Positions 1 through 13,571 of a stretch of 43,929 bases of DNA are shown one piece after another. Below the pieces are notes generated by a model, which was not told where the DNA came from, searched no databases, and saw only the letters and a program-made list of their open reading frames with translations. Positions within the stretch are counted from its first letter, which is position 1. The number at the start of each line of letters is the position of its first letter. Made by a program: the position numbers and the translations under genes. Origin of the DNA: Parvularia atlantis (Eukaryota); NCBI GenBank assembly GCA_943704415.1, contig CALSCO010000855.1, positions 1-43,929 of the forward strand, written 5' to 3'.

Positions 1-88
<88 letters not shown>
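1..88. repeat. (TC)n microsatellite at window start, probably intronic
   Basis: Perfect TC run 1-88, followed by branch point CTGAC and acceptor CAG at 109-111. Confidence 0.98.
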
Positions 89-90
<2 letters not shown>

Positions 91-111
91 GCCTGGCTGA
101 CGGGCACACAG

Positions 112-2781
112 TGCACAACTTCTCGTGCGTCAAGCCGGACCCGCACACCGGCGCGGCCGTGATGTCGCTTGGCGCACGGTGGCTAGCGTTCGCCACAACC
201 GAGCCGCTCAAGGCCGTGGGCGAGATGCCGCGGTACCGTGTCGCCCATGCGAGCGAACGCCGTGCCGCTGACGCGGTGCTGCACCGCTGCTCAGCCACGA
301 CGACGCCGAGGCCGACTCGTCCGAGAACGGCAACGAGGCGTCCATGGGCGCGACGCTGTATAACAAGGCCTGGGAGTACTCGGCGATGCTGGGCACGTGC
401 TCCCGTACGCGCTACAGCACGCCGCTGACTGCGCCGGCTGCGCAGGCGAGCGCGTGGCCAAGCAGGTGGTCAAGGTCATGTCGACGCCCGCGGCCCACGC
501 CGCGCCGCCACCGCCCGAGAGCAGCGACCACGGCACAGTGCGCCCAGGGCCACGCGTGCTCGCGTACGCACGCTCAGCCGGCCGTGACACGTGCGGGCGC
601 GCAGGTGTGGATCGTCGACTTTACCGTGGGTGCGGCGCAGGAGCCGGTGCGCGCGCATCCCAAGGTGGTCATGTTCCAGGCGAGCAAGCAGTCGCTCTCA
701 CGCGTCCAGTTCAACCCGAGCGGCACGCTGGTGCGCCTGCAGGCTGCGTGTGTGTGTGCGTATGTGTGCCTGCTGACGGCCGCGCCCGCCAGCTCGCGAC
801 CGCCACGCACAACGGCAACGACGTGGACGTGTTTGCCGTGGCGCCGTCGACGACGCAGAATGGCACCGCGCGGCACTTGTACCAGCTGCGCTGCGGCACG
901 TCCGACAGGTTGATCACGGTGCGCAGTGGTGGTTCGCAAGGCCCGCCCACGCGTGCGCTCATCGCGGGTGCAGGACATCTCATTCAGCCACGGCAGCCGG
1001 TACGTCGCGGCCACCTCGGCCAACGGCACCACGCACGTCTTTGCGATCAACCCGATGGGCGGCCCGGCCACGATCGACACGCACACGGCGCGCGCCCTCA
1101 CGGTAGCTCCGCGCCCGCCGGCCGAGCGGTTCAAGGTGCGCCGCTTCGCCGTTGCGTGCCCACTCACACGGGCGCGCGCAGGAGCCTCTCGTCCTCGACG
1201 CGACACTTCGCGTCAAGCAGACGCCGCCGCCTGCAGCCGACATGGTCGCCGCGCCGAGCACGCCGCCGATGTCCAGCGCGGCGGCGCAGCACCTGACGCA
1301 CACGATGGCCTTCGCCGGCTTCGAGATGGAGCGGTCGCTGTTTGCGCCGACGCCGAGGGCAGACGCGAGCAGCAGCGGCGGCGACCTGGCCGGCGCGCCG
1401 AGCGAGCAGCTGTTCCAGGGCCTGCTCACGTTCTCGCCCACGGGCATGCTGCAGTATCACGAGCTCTGTGCAGCGGTGCGCCAGCAGCCAGCGCAGCGGT
1501 GACCGTTGACGGCCGCTGCAGGTGTACAAGGACGCGGACGCAAAGAAGCCGCCGTCGCTGAGCGCGACGTACGAGAACGTGCTCGAGTGGCACGTCGACC
1601 GCATGATGGACTGGAACCCGGTGTTCACCGCGTGCGACGTGGTGCGCCCGACCCGGTGAACGCCTTTCGCTACGCAGCTCACGTGCGACACGGCAGCTTT
1701 GGCCTGCCATTGCGAACCGTCGCGTGCCCGACCGCAACCGCGCCGCGCGGTGGAAGGTGTGCGGACAGCCGTGCGCCGGCGCTTGCCCCAACTGACGGCC
1801 GCACCTGGCAGGACAACATCGAAATCCAGACGCACGCCATGCCGGAGCCGCCCATCTGGCGCGGGCCGCAGTTCTCGTTCCACACGTTTGACAGTGCGTG
1901 CAGGCCCGGCGACGTGGCACTCCTGACCCGCCGCGCGTGCGCAGCACAAAGCACGACCGATGCCGTAATCGACGCCGTAGACGAGGACAGCGACGACAGT
2001 GTGTGCGGCGGGCGCGGCGTGTGTGAGCGTCCAGGCTGACACTGCGCGCGACAACAGAGCGCCCTCCGGGGCGAGCGCCCACGCGCACGGTGCACGTTCC
2101 CAACCAGCCGCCGCAGCCGCGGTAGGGTGGGCATGGCGCGACTGGCGCGCCTGATGCGGTGTCGTTTTCGTGCGTGCGCAGGACCGCAACGGGGCCGGCC
2201 GACGTCGACGGCGCCGTGCTGCCCGTGACGCTCGACGGCATGCAGACGCGCCTGGCGTCGTCGCGGCGTGCGTGCGGTGCGCGCTCCTTGCAGCCCTCGA
2301 GTGACGCGCCCGCCCGCCCGCGCAGCCCTGTTTGGCGAGAGCGACATCAACTTTGACGAGGGCGCGGAGATGCCGCAGTCCAACATGAAGTCGCACGCCG
2401 AGCCGCACGACGCGGACGAGTTCTACTCGGACGCGCAGACGTCGCACATCGTGCGTGCACTTGCGCGCACGCGTGCTCTCTTGCTCATGCTCACGACCGC
2501 CTGTCTGCCGCAGTCGGTCGGCATGGCCGTGAGCATGAGCGGCCAGGACGTGTCGCCGATCGACAGCCCGAGCATGTTTGCGCGGTGCGCGTGGGCAGCG
2601 TGCGGCCCAGCGCGGTGCTGACGGACGGCGCTCCAGGCCCGACCCGCCCGCGTACAGCGAGGCGGACGAGGACGGCCAGCTGGTCGAGATGCACGACGCG
2701 CACGACGCCCCCGCCGTCTACGTCTCGCCTGACGGTGACAACGAGCTCGATGCGCCCGGCATGTCGGTGTACCGCGGCTGA
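112..2781 (+). CDS. BCAS3: BCAS3-like WD40/PROPPIN-related protein; multi-exon, 5'-truncated
   Basis: Spliced exons give SLGARWLAFA, SRVQFNPSGTL..LATATHNGNDVDVF, HLYQLRCG, DISFSHGSRYVAATSANGTTHVFAINPMGG and the BCAS3-domain motif WQDNIEIQTHAMPEPPIWRGPQFSFHTF. Stop TGA 2779-2781. Confidence 0.85.
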
Positions 2782-2942
2782 GCCGGCTCGGGCGGGTCGG
2801 TGTGTGAGTATTTGCCATGTTCATCTCCCGGTGGAATTTCTGGCTCACAAGTGCGGGGACAGCGGTCAAGCAGGTCAAGCTGGGTAGGATGCACAAACAG
2901 GCCCGTCACAGTCGGGCCACTGGCAGGCGCGGCGCTCGCCGA

Positions 2943-3504
2943 TCAGCGGCTCATCGGGGCCGCCGCGCCGTAGGCCGGTTGCACCGTCGCGCTGCCGTAC
3001 GCGAGCTTGATCGACTTGGCCGGCACGATGACCTTGCGCATCAGGCACTGGTTCGCGATGACGCCGCAGTAGTGGCAGCACAGCAGGAACGAGACGAACG
3101 AGCTCATGGTCGACGTGACGCCCTGGCGGCCAAAGAGGATGGCCTGGACGCCGACGGCGTCCGACGTGTAGAGCGTGCAGTCGACCGAGCAGTAGCACGA
3201 GGAGCACTGGAGAAACGAGCAGCACTGAGGCGCTGTCGCACGCGCGGTCAACGTTTCATGTTTGTGTCACCGCGCCTGTCGCGGCGAACGCACCAAACTG
3301 CACCAGGAGCGGCTCGCCGGTGTACGCGGCGGCGATGATCGCGATGGCGTCGTCGTCGAGCTGGACGAGCACGCCGTTGGTCGACCAGACGATCTTGGCC
3401 GGCTCCGGGTTCCAGAAGCCCGCGTGCTCGTGCGGCGTGCAGCGGCCAATGTTGAGCCGCGTTTGCGGGTCGAGGACGACGAGGGCTGCAGCGGGCGTAC
3501 ACAT
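2943..3504 (-). CDS. hypothetical Cys-rich protein (~165 aa, 2 exons)
   Basis: ATG at 3504 (MCTPAAALVVLDPQ..LLVQF). A GTGCG..TTGAC..ACAG intron joins in frame to APQCCSFLQCSSCYCSVDC..LLCCHYCG..PMSR*. Coding-like codon usage. Confidence 0.6.
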
Positions 3505-3672
3505 CTTGCAGGGCGACGGTTCCTGGCTGGCGGTGGCCGCGGAAGCCTGTCTTCGACGAAACGTGTAACATGTCCAGTATTCCGAGAGCAGAGTACTAAC
3601 CGCTCTGTACACCGGCGCTGCTCGGATCGGCCACTGACGCGCGCTTCCCTGCCCTGTCCAACCAGGCCCCAC

Positions 3673-3720
3673 CAGGCCCGCCCGCTTGCCCGCCTGCCCG
3701 CCTGCCCGCCTGCCCGCCCC
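3673..3720. repeat. short tandem (GCCCGCCT)n repeat in divergent intergenic region
   Basis: About 5 imperfect 8-mer copies just upstream of the ATG at 3731. Confidence 0.7.
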
Positions 3721-3730
3721 TAGCACCGCG

Positions 3731-6370
3731 ATGCCTATCTACAGCTCGCCGCGCCGCGACGTCGCCATCCCCGCGACCGACCTGTACTCGTTCCTGCTAC
3801 AGCAGCCGCACAAGGCGCAGCTCGACGACAAGGTCGCGTCGGTCGACGGCCTGACGGGCGAGTCGTACACGTTCGCGCAGCTGCGCCAGCGCACCGACCA
3901 GCTCGCGGCGGGCCTAGCCCAGCTCGGCCTGCGCCAGGGCGAGGTGCGTGCTGCGCGCTGCGCACACTGCTGCTGCGGCACCCGTTCACGCGCACCACCC
4001 AGGTGCTTGCCGTCTTCGCGCCCAACTGCGTCGAGTACGCCATCGCCGTCCTCGCCGTCGCGCGCCTGGGCGCATTCATCACGACCGGTGCGCCTGCAAG
4101 CCCCGCGCCGCACGCGCCGCCGTGCTCACGGACCCCGCAGCCAACCCAACCTACACGGCCGATGAGCTCAACTTCCAGCTGACCGACACGGGCGCCAAGG
4201 TGCGCGCGAGACGGCGGTGCCCCGATGCGGCGCTCAGCAGATGCGGGACGCGACGTGCAGTACCTCTTCACCCTCGCCGACCTGCTGCCGCTCACGTCCA
4301 AGGCCATTCAGGGCTCCAAGGTGCGCGGTGCGCGTGCTCGTTTACAGCACGCTCACGTGCGCGCTCGCGACGCCAGATCGTTGAGACGTTCGTCTTTGGC
4401 AACATCGGCACGGCCGGCGCGCGCACCGTGCGCTCGCTGTATCGGTGAGCCGGCCACGCGACCGTCACCGCGCGCTCACACAAACGTGGCGTTCTTAGCT
4501 ACACGCCGCCGCCGCCCATCCCCGCCTTCGACCCGAGCACGCACGAGCTCGTCATCCCGTACTCGTCCGGCACGACCGGTGCGCGAGCCGCGCCCCGGCG
4601 AGACGCGCGAGAGCTGACCACGCACCGACAGGCCGGCCAAAGGGCACGCAGCTGACGCACCGCAACCTCGTGCGCCGCGCAGCCCGTCGTGCGCTCGCAG
4701 CACGGCTTGCTGACTTTCCCGCGCACGTGCGTGCGGGGCGGCAGATCGCCAACCTGCTGCAGATGGAGGACTTTGAGTTCACGGCCAACGGGCTCGACCC
4801 GACGCGCGACACCCTGCTCTGCGTGCTGCCGCTGTGCGTGGCCGCGCGCCCGGCTCGCGTGCCGTCTCAGACCCCGCTGCCGCCGCGCGCAGCTTCCACA
4901 TCTACGGCATGGTCGTGATCATGCTCGGCGGCATCCACATGCGCCAGACGATCGTGTACATGGTGCGCTGCGCCGTCTGCGCCTCTGGCCGACCGCTCAC
5001 ACGACGTGCAGCCCAAGTTTGAGCTGCAACAGGTGCACGCGCCGAGGCCGCGCGCTGCTCGCGCACTGACGCAGGCCGCCGCAGTTTGTGCAGCTTATCG
5101 CCAGTTACCGCGTCACGATCGCGTACATTGTGCCGCCGATCGTCATCGGCCTGATCAAGGTGGCGCACGCGCGTATCGCGCGCATCACAGCCGGACGCTC
5201 ACGCAGCGCGCAGTCCGGCATCGCAAGCAAGTTTGACCTGTCCTCGCTGCGCATGGCCTTCTCGGGTGCGGCGCCGCTGTCGGCCGAGGTGCGGCGCGGG
5301 CGGCGCGTGTGTGTGATCACGAACGCTGACTGCGGCGCGCCAGACTGAGGCGGCGTTCAAGACGGCGCCGGGCCTGGCCAAGGTGGTGCTGAAGCAGGGC
5401 TACGGGTGCGCGCACGTGCACGAACGCTCGTCGGTGCTGCCACTCACCGGCCCGCGCAGCATGACCGAGCTGTCGCCGCTGTCGCACCTGAGCCCGACCG
5501 GTCGCATCAAGACGGGTGCATTGCTGCGTGCGGCGGAACGCTGCCTTGCCTGTCTTACCCTCGCGCCAGGCTCGATCGGGCAGCTGGTGCCCAACTGCCA
5601 AGCGCGCATCGTCGACCCCGAGACGGGCAAGGACGTCCCCAAGGGCGGCGAGGGCGTGCGTGGCCCGCAAGTGCCACGTGTAAGGCGTCCACGGTCTCAC
5701 GCAGTACCGCAGGAGCTGCTTGTGCGCGGGCCAAACGTGATGAAGGGCTACCTCAACAACCCGAAGGCCACCGCCGACACGATCGACAAGGACGGCTGGC
5801 TGCATACGGGTGCGCAACGGGCGCACGCAAGGTCCTGTGCTGAGGCCGCGTTTTCGCAGGCGACATCGTGCGCGCCGACGAGGACGGGTACTTTTACGTC
5901 ACAGACCGGTGCGCAATCGCACGCGTTGCGGCGCCCGGGCGCAACTCACGGGCGCCGCGCACAGCCTCAAGGAGCTCATCAAGTTCAAGGGTCTGCAGGT
6001 CGCGCCGGCCGAGCTCGAGGGCGTCCTGCTCTCGCACCCGTCCGTGCAGGACTGCGCCGTGATCCCGCAGCCCGACGCCGACGCGGGCGAGGTCCCGCGC
6101 GCGTACGTCGTGCTCAACCCGGGCGTGGCCGCGACCGCCACCACGGCGAGCGACATCGCGACCTTTGTCGAGGGCAAAGTCGCGCCGCACAAGGCACGCG
6201 CCGCGCCACCTGTCCCGAGCCATCTGCACTCACGCCCGCGCCCCGTCTGCCCACAGAAACTGCGCGGCGGCATCGAGTTCATCGACGTTATCCCCAAGTC
6301 CGCCTCGGGCAAGATCCTCCGCCGCACGCTCAAGGCCAAGAACGAGGAGCGTCTCAAGGCGCGCCTGTGA
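3731..6370 (+). CDS. 4-coumarate-CoA ligase/luciferase-like acyl-CoA synthetase (ANL family) with PTS1
   Basis: [13 protein letters not shown]-loop, [69 protein letters not shown]. Ends KARL*. Confidence 0.93.
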
Positions 6371-6433
6371 GCGCACCCGCTGCTCCGGTTGTGCACGCGC
6401 GCAACGGCCCATATGCTCTCAATTCCACATGCA

Positions 6434-9400
6434 TCACACAGCAGCCTTACGCGCGAGCGACGGCGCGTCCGGGCTCGTCGCAACGGCCCGTGCCTTGCCT
6501 TTCCCCGTCGGCGGCGGTGCGGCCGGGGTCTGCTCCGCCAGGACGGTCGACGACAGCTCTGTGGCGGCGGCGATGTGTATCAGTCGAGGCTGCTCGCGCT
6601 TGCGCACCCTTGCCGCACCGAGATCGGTGTCGGTCTCCAGCGCCGTCTCCTCGCCTTTGTCGTCTCCGTCGTCGTCACCGTCATCGTCGTCATCTGTGCT
6701 CACGCCGTCGTCCGAGTGCGCGGGCGCGGCAGCAGCGCGCAGCGGGATCTGCGGCCCGCGCGCATCAGCGGCACGCATGGCATGCGGGCGAGCGGGACCT
6801 GTTTGTCCAACGAGCCCGCGTCGCTCGTGCTCGCGCTCGTGGCCGTGCTGACGACCGGCGGCGGCCGCACGCGCACGCGCATCTTGTTCAGCGCGACCTG
6901 GTCAAAGTTGTTGGCGGGCGCGATGGCCGAGGCGATGCGCTGCGTCGACAGCGTCTGCACCACCAGTCAGCACCCGCCCGCCCGCCCGCCGTCCGTCCAT
7001 GCGCCGCGCACCGCCTGGTGGGTGTCGTAGGACGGCGGGTATGCGTAGGCCGGCGGGCGCATCGTGAGCAGCGTGAGGTTTTCTGATGCGCCGTCGTTCG
7101 TAAGCGCTCGCTTGGCGCGCGCTGAATCGAAAGCGCGCGCACCGCGCAGGTCGCTCATGTTGGTCGTGAGCGGCGCCTGGCTGTCGATGTTGCTGAGCGA
7201 GGCGTCCTCGGCGGGCGCGCCTGCGTGTCGTCGTAAGCGAGCGCACATGCGCGAGCACCGCACGCACGAGGCTCAACCATGACCGCACCCGAGCCGACCT
7301 GGGCCATCTCCGGCGCGTCCTCGCTGGCGCGCCCGTCAGCTCCCAAGCTGCACGCACACCTCACGGCTGCACGCACCGAGGCTCGGCCGCACGACGCGCG
7401 CGCCGCCGCCGCCGCAAGATCAGGAAGATGATGAGTGCGATCAGGGCGAGCAGGAGCAAGCTGCCGACGACGATCACGGCGATGGCCCAGCCCGGGAAGC
7501 CCGACGCCGATGACGCTGTGCGCGCCGTTAGGGCGGCCCGGCCTGGCAGCATTGCGCACGCACCGGCAGATGTGGGCGTGCCAACGGCGTCGCTCGGCGG
7601 CAGCACGGCCACGACGGCAAAGTCCGTCAGGTGGTTCGTGCGGCACGCGGCACCGGTCAACGTCGTGCCGCTCGAGCTCACGCCGCTGGTCGACCACAAC
7701 GCCGTCGTGTTGTCGTAGAACGCGCAGGTCACTGGCGCCGTGCACCGCATCAGCTGCTGCAGCGCCTCATCGCCGCGTGAAGCATTACGCACGTGTCGCG
7801 TTGCCCGGACCCGTGAACGGCGGCGCCCAGCTAAACGAAATGCCCAGGGGCGACGCGGCCAGGTCGGTGATCGGCGCGTCCGGCACGGGCAGCGGGCCGC
7901 CAAACACCTGCGAGCCGGCGTGAGACGCGTTTGCGCGCGCGTGGCGCGCCGCACTTGCGAGCAGCCCTGCATGCGGATGCTCGTGGGTGGTGTCGCCACG
8001 ACGACGGTACTGCCGGCAGCAAACTGCCTGCGGACACGTGTGCGGGCTCAGCGACTCGGCACTGGCACCGCACTGCACGCACCACGATGGACGCACGAAG
8101 GCATACATCTGCGGCGGGAGCACGATCGACGAGACGCACACGCAGTTGGCGCCCTGCGACGCGATGCGCGCGCTGTGCATCAGCCGCCGCGGCCCATGCG
8201 GTAGCGCGCGCCGCTCTCACTCCGATGTTGCTGCTGCCAAACGTGAGCGAGCGTCCCGTGCCCGGCATCGTCAGACTCTTGCCCGCGTACGACGTCCGTG
8301 CGCTCGCGAGCGACACCAGCGAGCTGCCAGAGCCGAGCTGCACCGCGGGCTCGTTGCAAAAGCGCGTCGCGAGGTACATGTCCGACAACGACGTGAAGGC
8401 CGCCTGCAGCGCACGGCATGAGCGCCCGCGCATGCAAGGCGTCGGCTTGTGCCGCACTTCCACGTTCTGCACCAGCCCTGGCGTGCCCACACCCGACACG
8501 GACGCGAAGAACTGCGCCGCCGTGCTCGAGACACGCTGCAGGCACGACGCGTAGCGCGACAGCGTGCTGGCCTGGGTGCGCCTGCGTCGGTCGCTCGCGA
8601 CCGGCAGACGTGCGAGCGCGCGCACCGAGATGAGGCCCGAAGCCTTCACAGCGGCGCCGTTGGCCGCCAGCATCGCAAACATGGTCCTGCCCGCGCACGC
8701 GCGTCAAGACATGACTCACGTGCGTCCGAGCACGCCGCGCACGTCAGCGTGCCGACCGACGGCGCCACGAGCGGGGTTGTGGCGAGGATCGCGTCAAGGG
8801 CGCACGTGCTCGAGATGGCATCTGGCGAGCGCGAGGGGGTGAGCGTTCCAGGGTGACGCAGCCGGGCGTGTGCACCGGCCGAGGACGCGAGCGGCTGGGC
8901 GGTCGCGGCAATGGTCGACGCCGCGGTCTGCACGAGCGACGCGACCGCGTTGCCGTCCAGCTCGGCCTTCTTGGCGGCGGCGCAGCTGCGCGCGTCGCGC
9001 GCGCGACTTGTGAGCACACGGTAGAGCGCCGGCTGCACGCCACCTCGCCGCGCCCGTAATCAGCGCCATCAGCTGCTGCCAGTCCTGGCGCGCCGACACC
9101 GCGGCGATGGCCGCCTTGAGCGTGTCGACCACGTCGGTGACGTTGCTCGTGCACGGCGCCACGGCAACGCTCAGGCTCTGCGACGCTTGCGCTCCTGGGC
9201 ACGCATGCGCATCAGCCCACGCGAGGGCCTGCGCGGCTCGCACCATCACGCTGTGTCACGACCACGGCGACCGTGATCGAGCTCGTTCCGCCAGTGTCCA
9301 TCGGCAGCACGGCCGTGCGCATGCGCGAGTACGAGTCCTGAATTGCGGATGGTCAGCACGCGTCGACTCCGTCGGCTGTGCTCACAAGCAGGAGCATCCG

Positions 9401-12400
9401 GCGCGGCAGCGGGTCGTACGCGGCCGTGAACGAGTAGCGCAGCGGCTGCGCACCCGGTTCGGTCGTCCACCAAGCCGCTTGCATGGCAAAGGGCCTGTGC
9501 GCGCGCGTCAGAACTCACCGACACCCACACGCGGGTGCAGCGCACGAGATGGCGGCCGTGTTTGCACCGGCGACGACGGGCGCGACAGTGAGCGTGCCGG
9601 ACGACGGCGCCGACTTGACCTGCATCGCCAAAGTTGCGTGTTTGGCGCACAGCCGCGCAGAACAAGGCAGACGCACCTGCACGCGCCACTGCGCGTAGCC
9701 AAGCCACCGGTCCTGCGCGCCCGGCACATAGACGTCGACGCGCACGTGGTACACCTGCAGCGGCTTGATCTTGGCGCCGTCGATGCGGAGCAGCGTGCCT
9801 GCAGTGTGCGTGCGTGCATGCATGAGCAAACGAAGCCAATCGCGCGCACCGCACGTCACCGTCAGCCATCGCCGATCCGGACAGGTCCAGCGTCGAGTAA
9901 GGGTACGCGCCGAGCTCTTCGGACGGCTCGGAGCCGCTCAGCGTGCGCCAAGTGAAGCGCAGCGACGACGGCGACACGGACGCCTGCGAGGCGCGCACGG
10001 CACGCATGAGCACCGCGCAGCCGCTGCCCGCGCACAAGCAAGCACGCACCTGCGCGAGACTCGCGACGACGCGCATCGGCTCGCCGGGGCTCACAAGCAG
10101 GTCGCCGTTGAGCATCACGCCCACCTGGGTGTCGTTGGCGACGACAAGCAGCGCCGTGACGGTGGTGATAGACTGCGTGCTGTTGACCAGCTGGACGGCC
10201 GTGCGCGTCGGGTCAGCTGCACCACGCCACCGGCCCGCGCATGCACGTTGTCTGAGACGACAAAGGTGAAGAGGTACTGCGCACCGCTCGCCAGTGCCCC
10301 GCCGGCCACGTTGGTGGTGAAGAAGGCTGCCGTGCCCTGCGCGCAGTGGCGGGGTGAGCTCCGTCGAGTCGCGTGTCGCACCGCGCACATCGCTCGGCGG
10401 CTGCAGCGTCGTTCCGGCGGTGGTCGAGAACGGGCACGGTGAGCCGCTCTGCAGCGGCATCGTGCACGCAACGCCGACCTGCGCCAACCGGCCGAGACGA
10501 TCCTGCGCGCGGGTGAGCATGCGCCAGGGCGCGAGCGAGCGCGGCCGCACCGGGTCGAGGACGCTGACTGTGAGGTTGACGGCGTCGTTCGCCCCGACCG
10601 ACCGCTCATAGCCGCCGACGACGTGCACGCCGAGCGGATTGGAGCGCGCCGTGACGAAGATACTGGCGCTGGTGGGGTTGCCTAGGCGTTGCGCCTCAGG
10701 GCCAGACGTTGAGTCGCCCAGCGCGCACGAACCGGAAGAGCCCGTGCTCGCGACGGTGAAGGCGTAGGTCGTGCCGGGCCTGAGCGAGTACGGCGACACG
10801 ACCAGTGTCGACGTCGTCGCGCCGCGCACGTCCACACCCAACGGCACGTCCCACTGCGTCCGCCATTGCAACGTCAGCCCGCGCATCGACCCGCCCTGTT
10901 TGCGCGTGTACGCGCCTGGAACGTGAGCAACTCGGTGGCGCTGCAGGGCGACGACTCGGCAATGGCGTGGAGCGTCAGCGGCTGATCGCGCGGGATGCTC
11001 GTCGGGCCTGTGTGCGGACGCGCGGGTCAGTCGGGCCTGCTGCAACAGAGCCGCTTGCCGTCGATGTGCACCACGGCCACGGGCGCGGTCGTCACCTGCA
11101 CCTTGATCTGCGCCGGCGGCGTCAGCCGAACGGGGGCGCACGTGCTGCGCGCGGCGCGCACCTGCGAGATGGACGACGTCTGGCCGAGCCAGTTGGTCAC
11201 CGAGAGCGCAAACGTGTACGTCGTGCCGCCGTCGAGCACACCCACGGGCACGGTCAGCACGGGCATCTTTTTCGACCTGCGGTGGCGCCGTCAGCCGCAC
11301 CCGCGCGCTCGCCGGGCGCGCACGCACGCCGAGAAGATGGTCGAGATGAAGTTGGTCACGCTCAGCGTCGGCGGGAGGATGTTCCAGTTGTAGGTCAGCG
11401 CGCGGCCTGCACTGGTGTTAGCTCGCGGCCGCGTGGCATGTTGTGCGCGCACCGCCGTGGTTGTACGAGGCCGAGGCGTCGACGACGAGCGGGGCGCAGG
11501 ACGGGTGCACACTGGGTGCGGTCATGACCACGACGGGGACGACGGGCGCGACTGGGCCCTGTGCGCCATCGCAGTCAGCCGCGCCGCTGTTGCACGACGC
11601 GCGCACACCTGCACAATCACGGACGAGGCCGACGCGCCCGAGGTCAGCCCAAGCAGCACCATGTCGTCCTGCGGCTTGATGGTCGCGTCGGGCGTCTGCC
11701 ACGGCGTGGTCAGCCGGGGGTGCACGGCGCAGCCGGCCGCCGCACCAGCGTGACGGTCAGGAGCGACTCGGCCGTGAGATCGCACGTGGCGCCGGTGCCC
11801 AGCTTGGCGACGGTGCTCGCGTCGAGCAGCGTTGAGCACGGCACGCTGGAGCCGCTGCTGCCGGCCGAGCCCGCGTAGACGACCTGGATCTGCGCACACG
11901 CGATGAGCACTTGCCGCGCGAGATATCGCCCGGCACGCACCTGCGCGGCTGAGCGGCGGAAGCGCGTGGCAAACTGCGCCACGGCCACAAACTGCACCGA
12001 CGCCGTGCCGGTCACAAAGGTCTGCCGCGCGGTTCCCCTGAGTACACGTGCGCACGCAGCAGCGCGAGACACGCACCTGGCCGCCGTCGACAGAGACGCG
12101 CATGGTGCCGCTACCCGTGGCGCTCAGGCTCGGCACCGGGCAGGTCACGCTGAGTGGCGCGGTGACGACCGTGCCTGTGGTGTCTGCGCGGCGCGTAAGC
12201 ACCGCACGCCGGGCCGGCAGCGCGCTACCGCACCGTAGTTGGTGCCGCCCACGGTGAAGCGGCAGGTCACGGATGCTGTGGGCCAGCTGCCGCGCGCCGG
12301 GACAACGAGGTTCTGGCTGGCCGTGTTGACGCGGAACGAGTACGTGCCCGAGGGCTCGATCGCGGGCGTGAACGAGCTCGTCGTCGGCACACCGGTCGGG

Positions 12401-13273
12401 GCGTTGGTCGGGGCGTTGGTGGGCGGCGTCCTGCGTGTGCGGCTGTGTCGGTGCGCGGCGAGGGTGTAGGGCGCGAGCAAAACGCACGTGGGAGACGAGG
12501 TCGCACTCGGCGTGGCCGTCGGCGTGGGCGAGTTGACGATCACGGTCGGAAAGAAGACGACCTGTACGCAAGGCGCTGCGTCAGCCGTGGGCGATCACTG
12601 TGACGCTGCGCGCACCTCGCTGTCGGCGCGGCGCAGACGCGTCGTCTTCAGCAGGTCACCGTCGTCGTCCTGCTGGGCATGTGGGTTCTGCGCCGTGCAT
12701 GTCAGCGAGCCGTGTATCCAAGGCCGCGATCGCAGCGCGCCACCTCGTCGGCTGTGGTCTCGTCGTCGATGATCTCGACCAGGGCGCTGAGCCGCCACGC
12801 GTCGTCCACGTCGTGCAGGACGACCTCAAGGATGCGCTTGCCGTCGCGCCACGTGTTGTCGTACACGGGAATGGCGATGGTGGCCGTGTCCGTGCCGGGC
12901 GCGAGCGTGACCTGCGCCCCCCGCGCCGCGCGTCAGCAGGCTGCGCGCACACGGCGACCCGCGCGGACGGCACCAGCAGGTTCTTGGTCGGTTGAAAGTC
13001 AAAGCCCTCGATGGCCGTGCCCTCGTACACGTCCACGAGCATCTCGAGCACCGTGGCGCGGTCGTCGTCCTCGGGCGCAGCACCCGCATGCAGCACGCGA
13101 TGCACGGTCACGACGACGCGCTCGTCCTGCTCGCTCACGCTGTAGAGCGTCTGGTCGAGCGCGACGGGCGCGATGGCCGTTGTCGTCGTCGTCGTCGCCA
13201 CGCCGGCGCGCACGAGGCTCCCGCCCGCCAGGAGCGCCAGCACGATTGGCACGAGCGCCGCTCGCGCAATCAT
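6434..13273 (-). CDS. large single-pass receptor-like protein: signal peptide, Calx-beta, PT repeat, IPT-like, REJ (PKD1-like), GPS/GAIN, one TM, cytoplasmic tail
   Basis: N-terminus [18 protein letters not shown]. Calx-beta [35 protein letters not shown]-like [15 protein letters not shown] and [76 protein letters not shown]. An upstream exon is possible. Confidence 0.8.
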
Positions 13274-13571
13274 CTGCGCCGCGCCGCGCCCGCACGTGAG
13301 GGGGTTCTGAGCATCGGCACGGCGCGCGCACGACGCCGGCCATCCGCACCGTTCAGGCCGCAGTCGCACACGCCCGGGCGGTCGGATGCACGGCTTGGGC
13401 ACACGCAGATTCGCAGAGGAAACAAAGCACGCACGCCACGCCACGCCACGCCGACGTCGCGCGGGGGGGGGGCGCGCCGCACAGGGCGGGAGGGGGCGTG
13501 CGCACGCCCATCATCGACGGGTCCCGCTAAGGAGGCCGCCATTCGAACGTCGACGAAGTGTGACAGCCGCG

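Noticed and set aside
3731..6370. Firefly-type luciferase or true 4CL activity
   Set aside because: Peroxisomal ANL ligases of this type are widespread, and the substrate cannot be read from the motifs.
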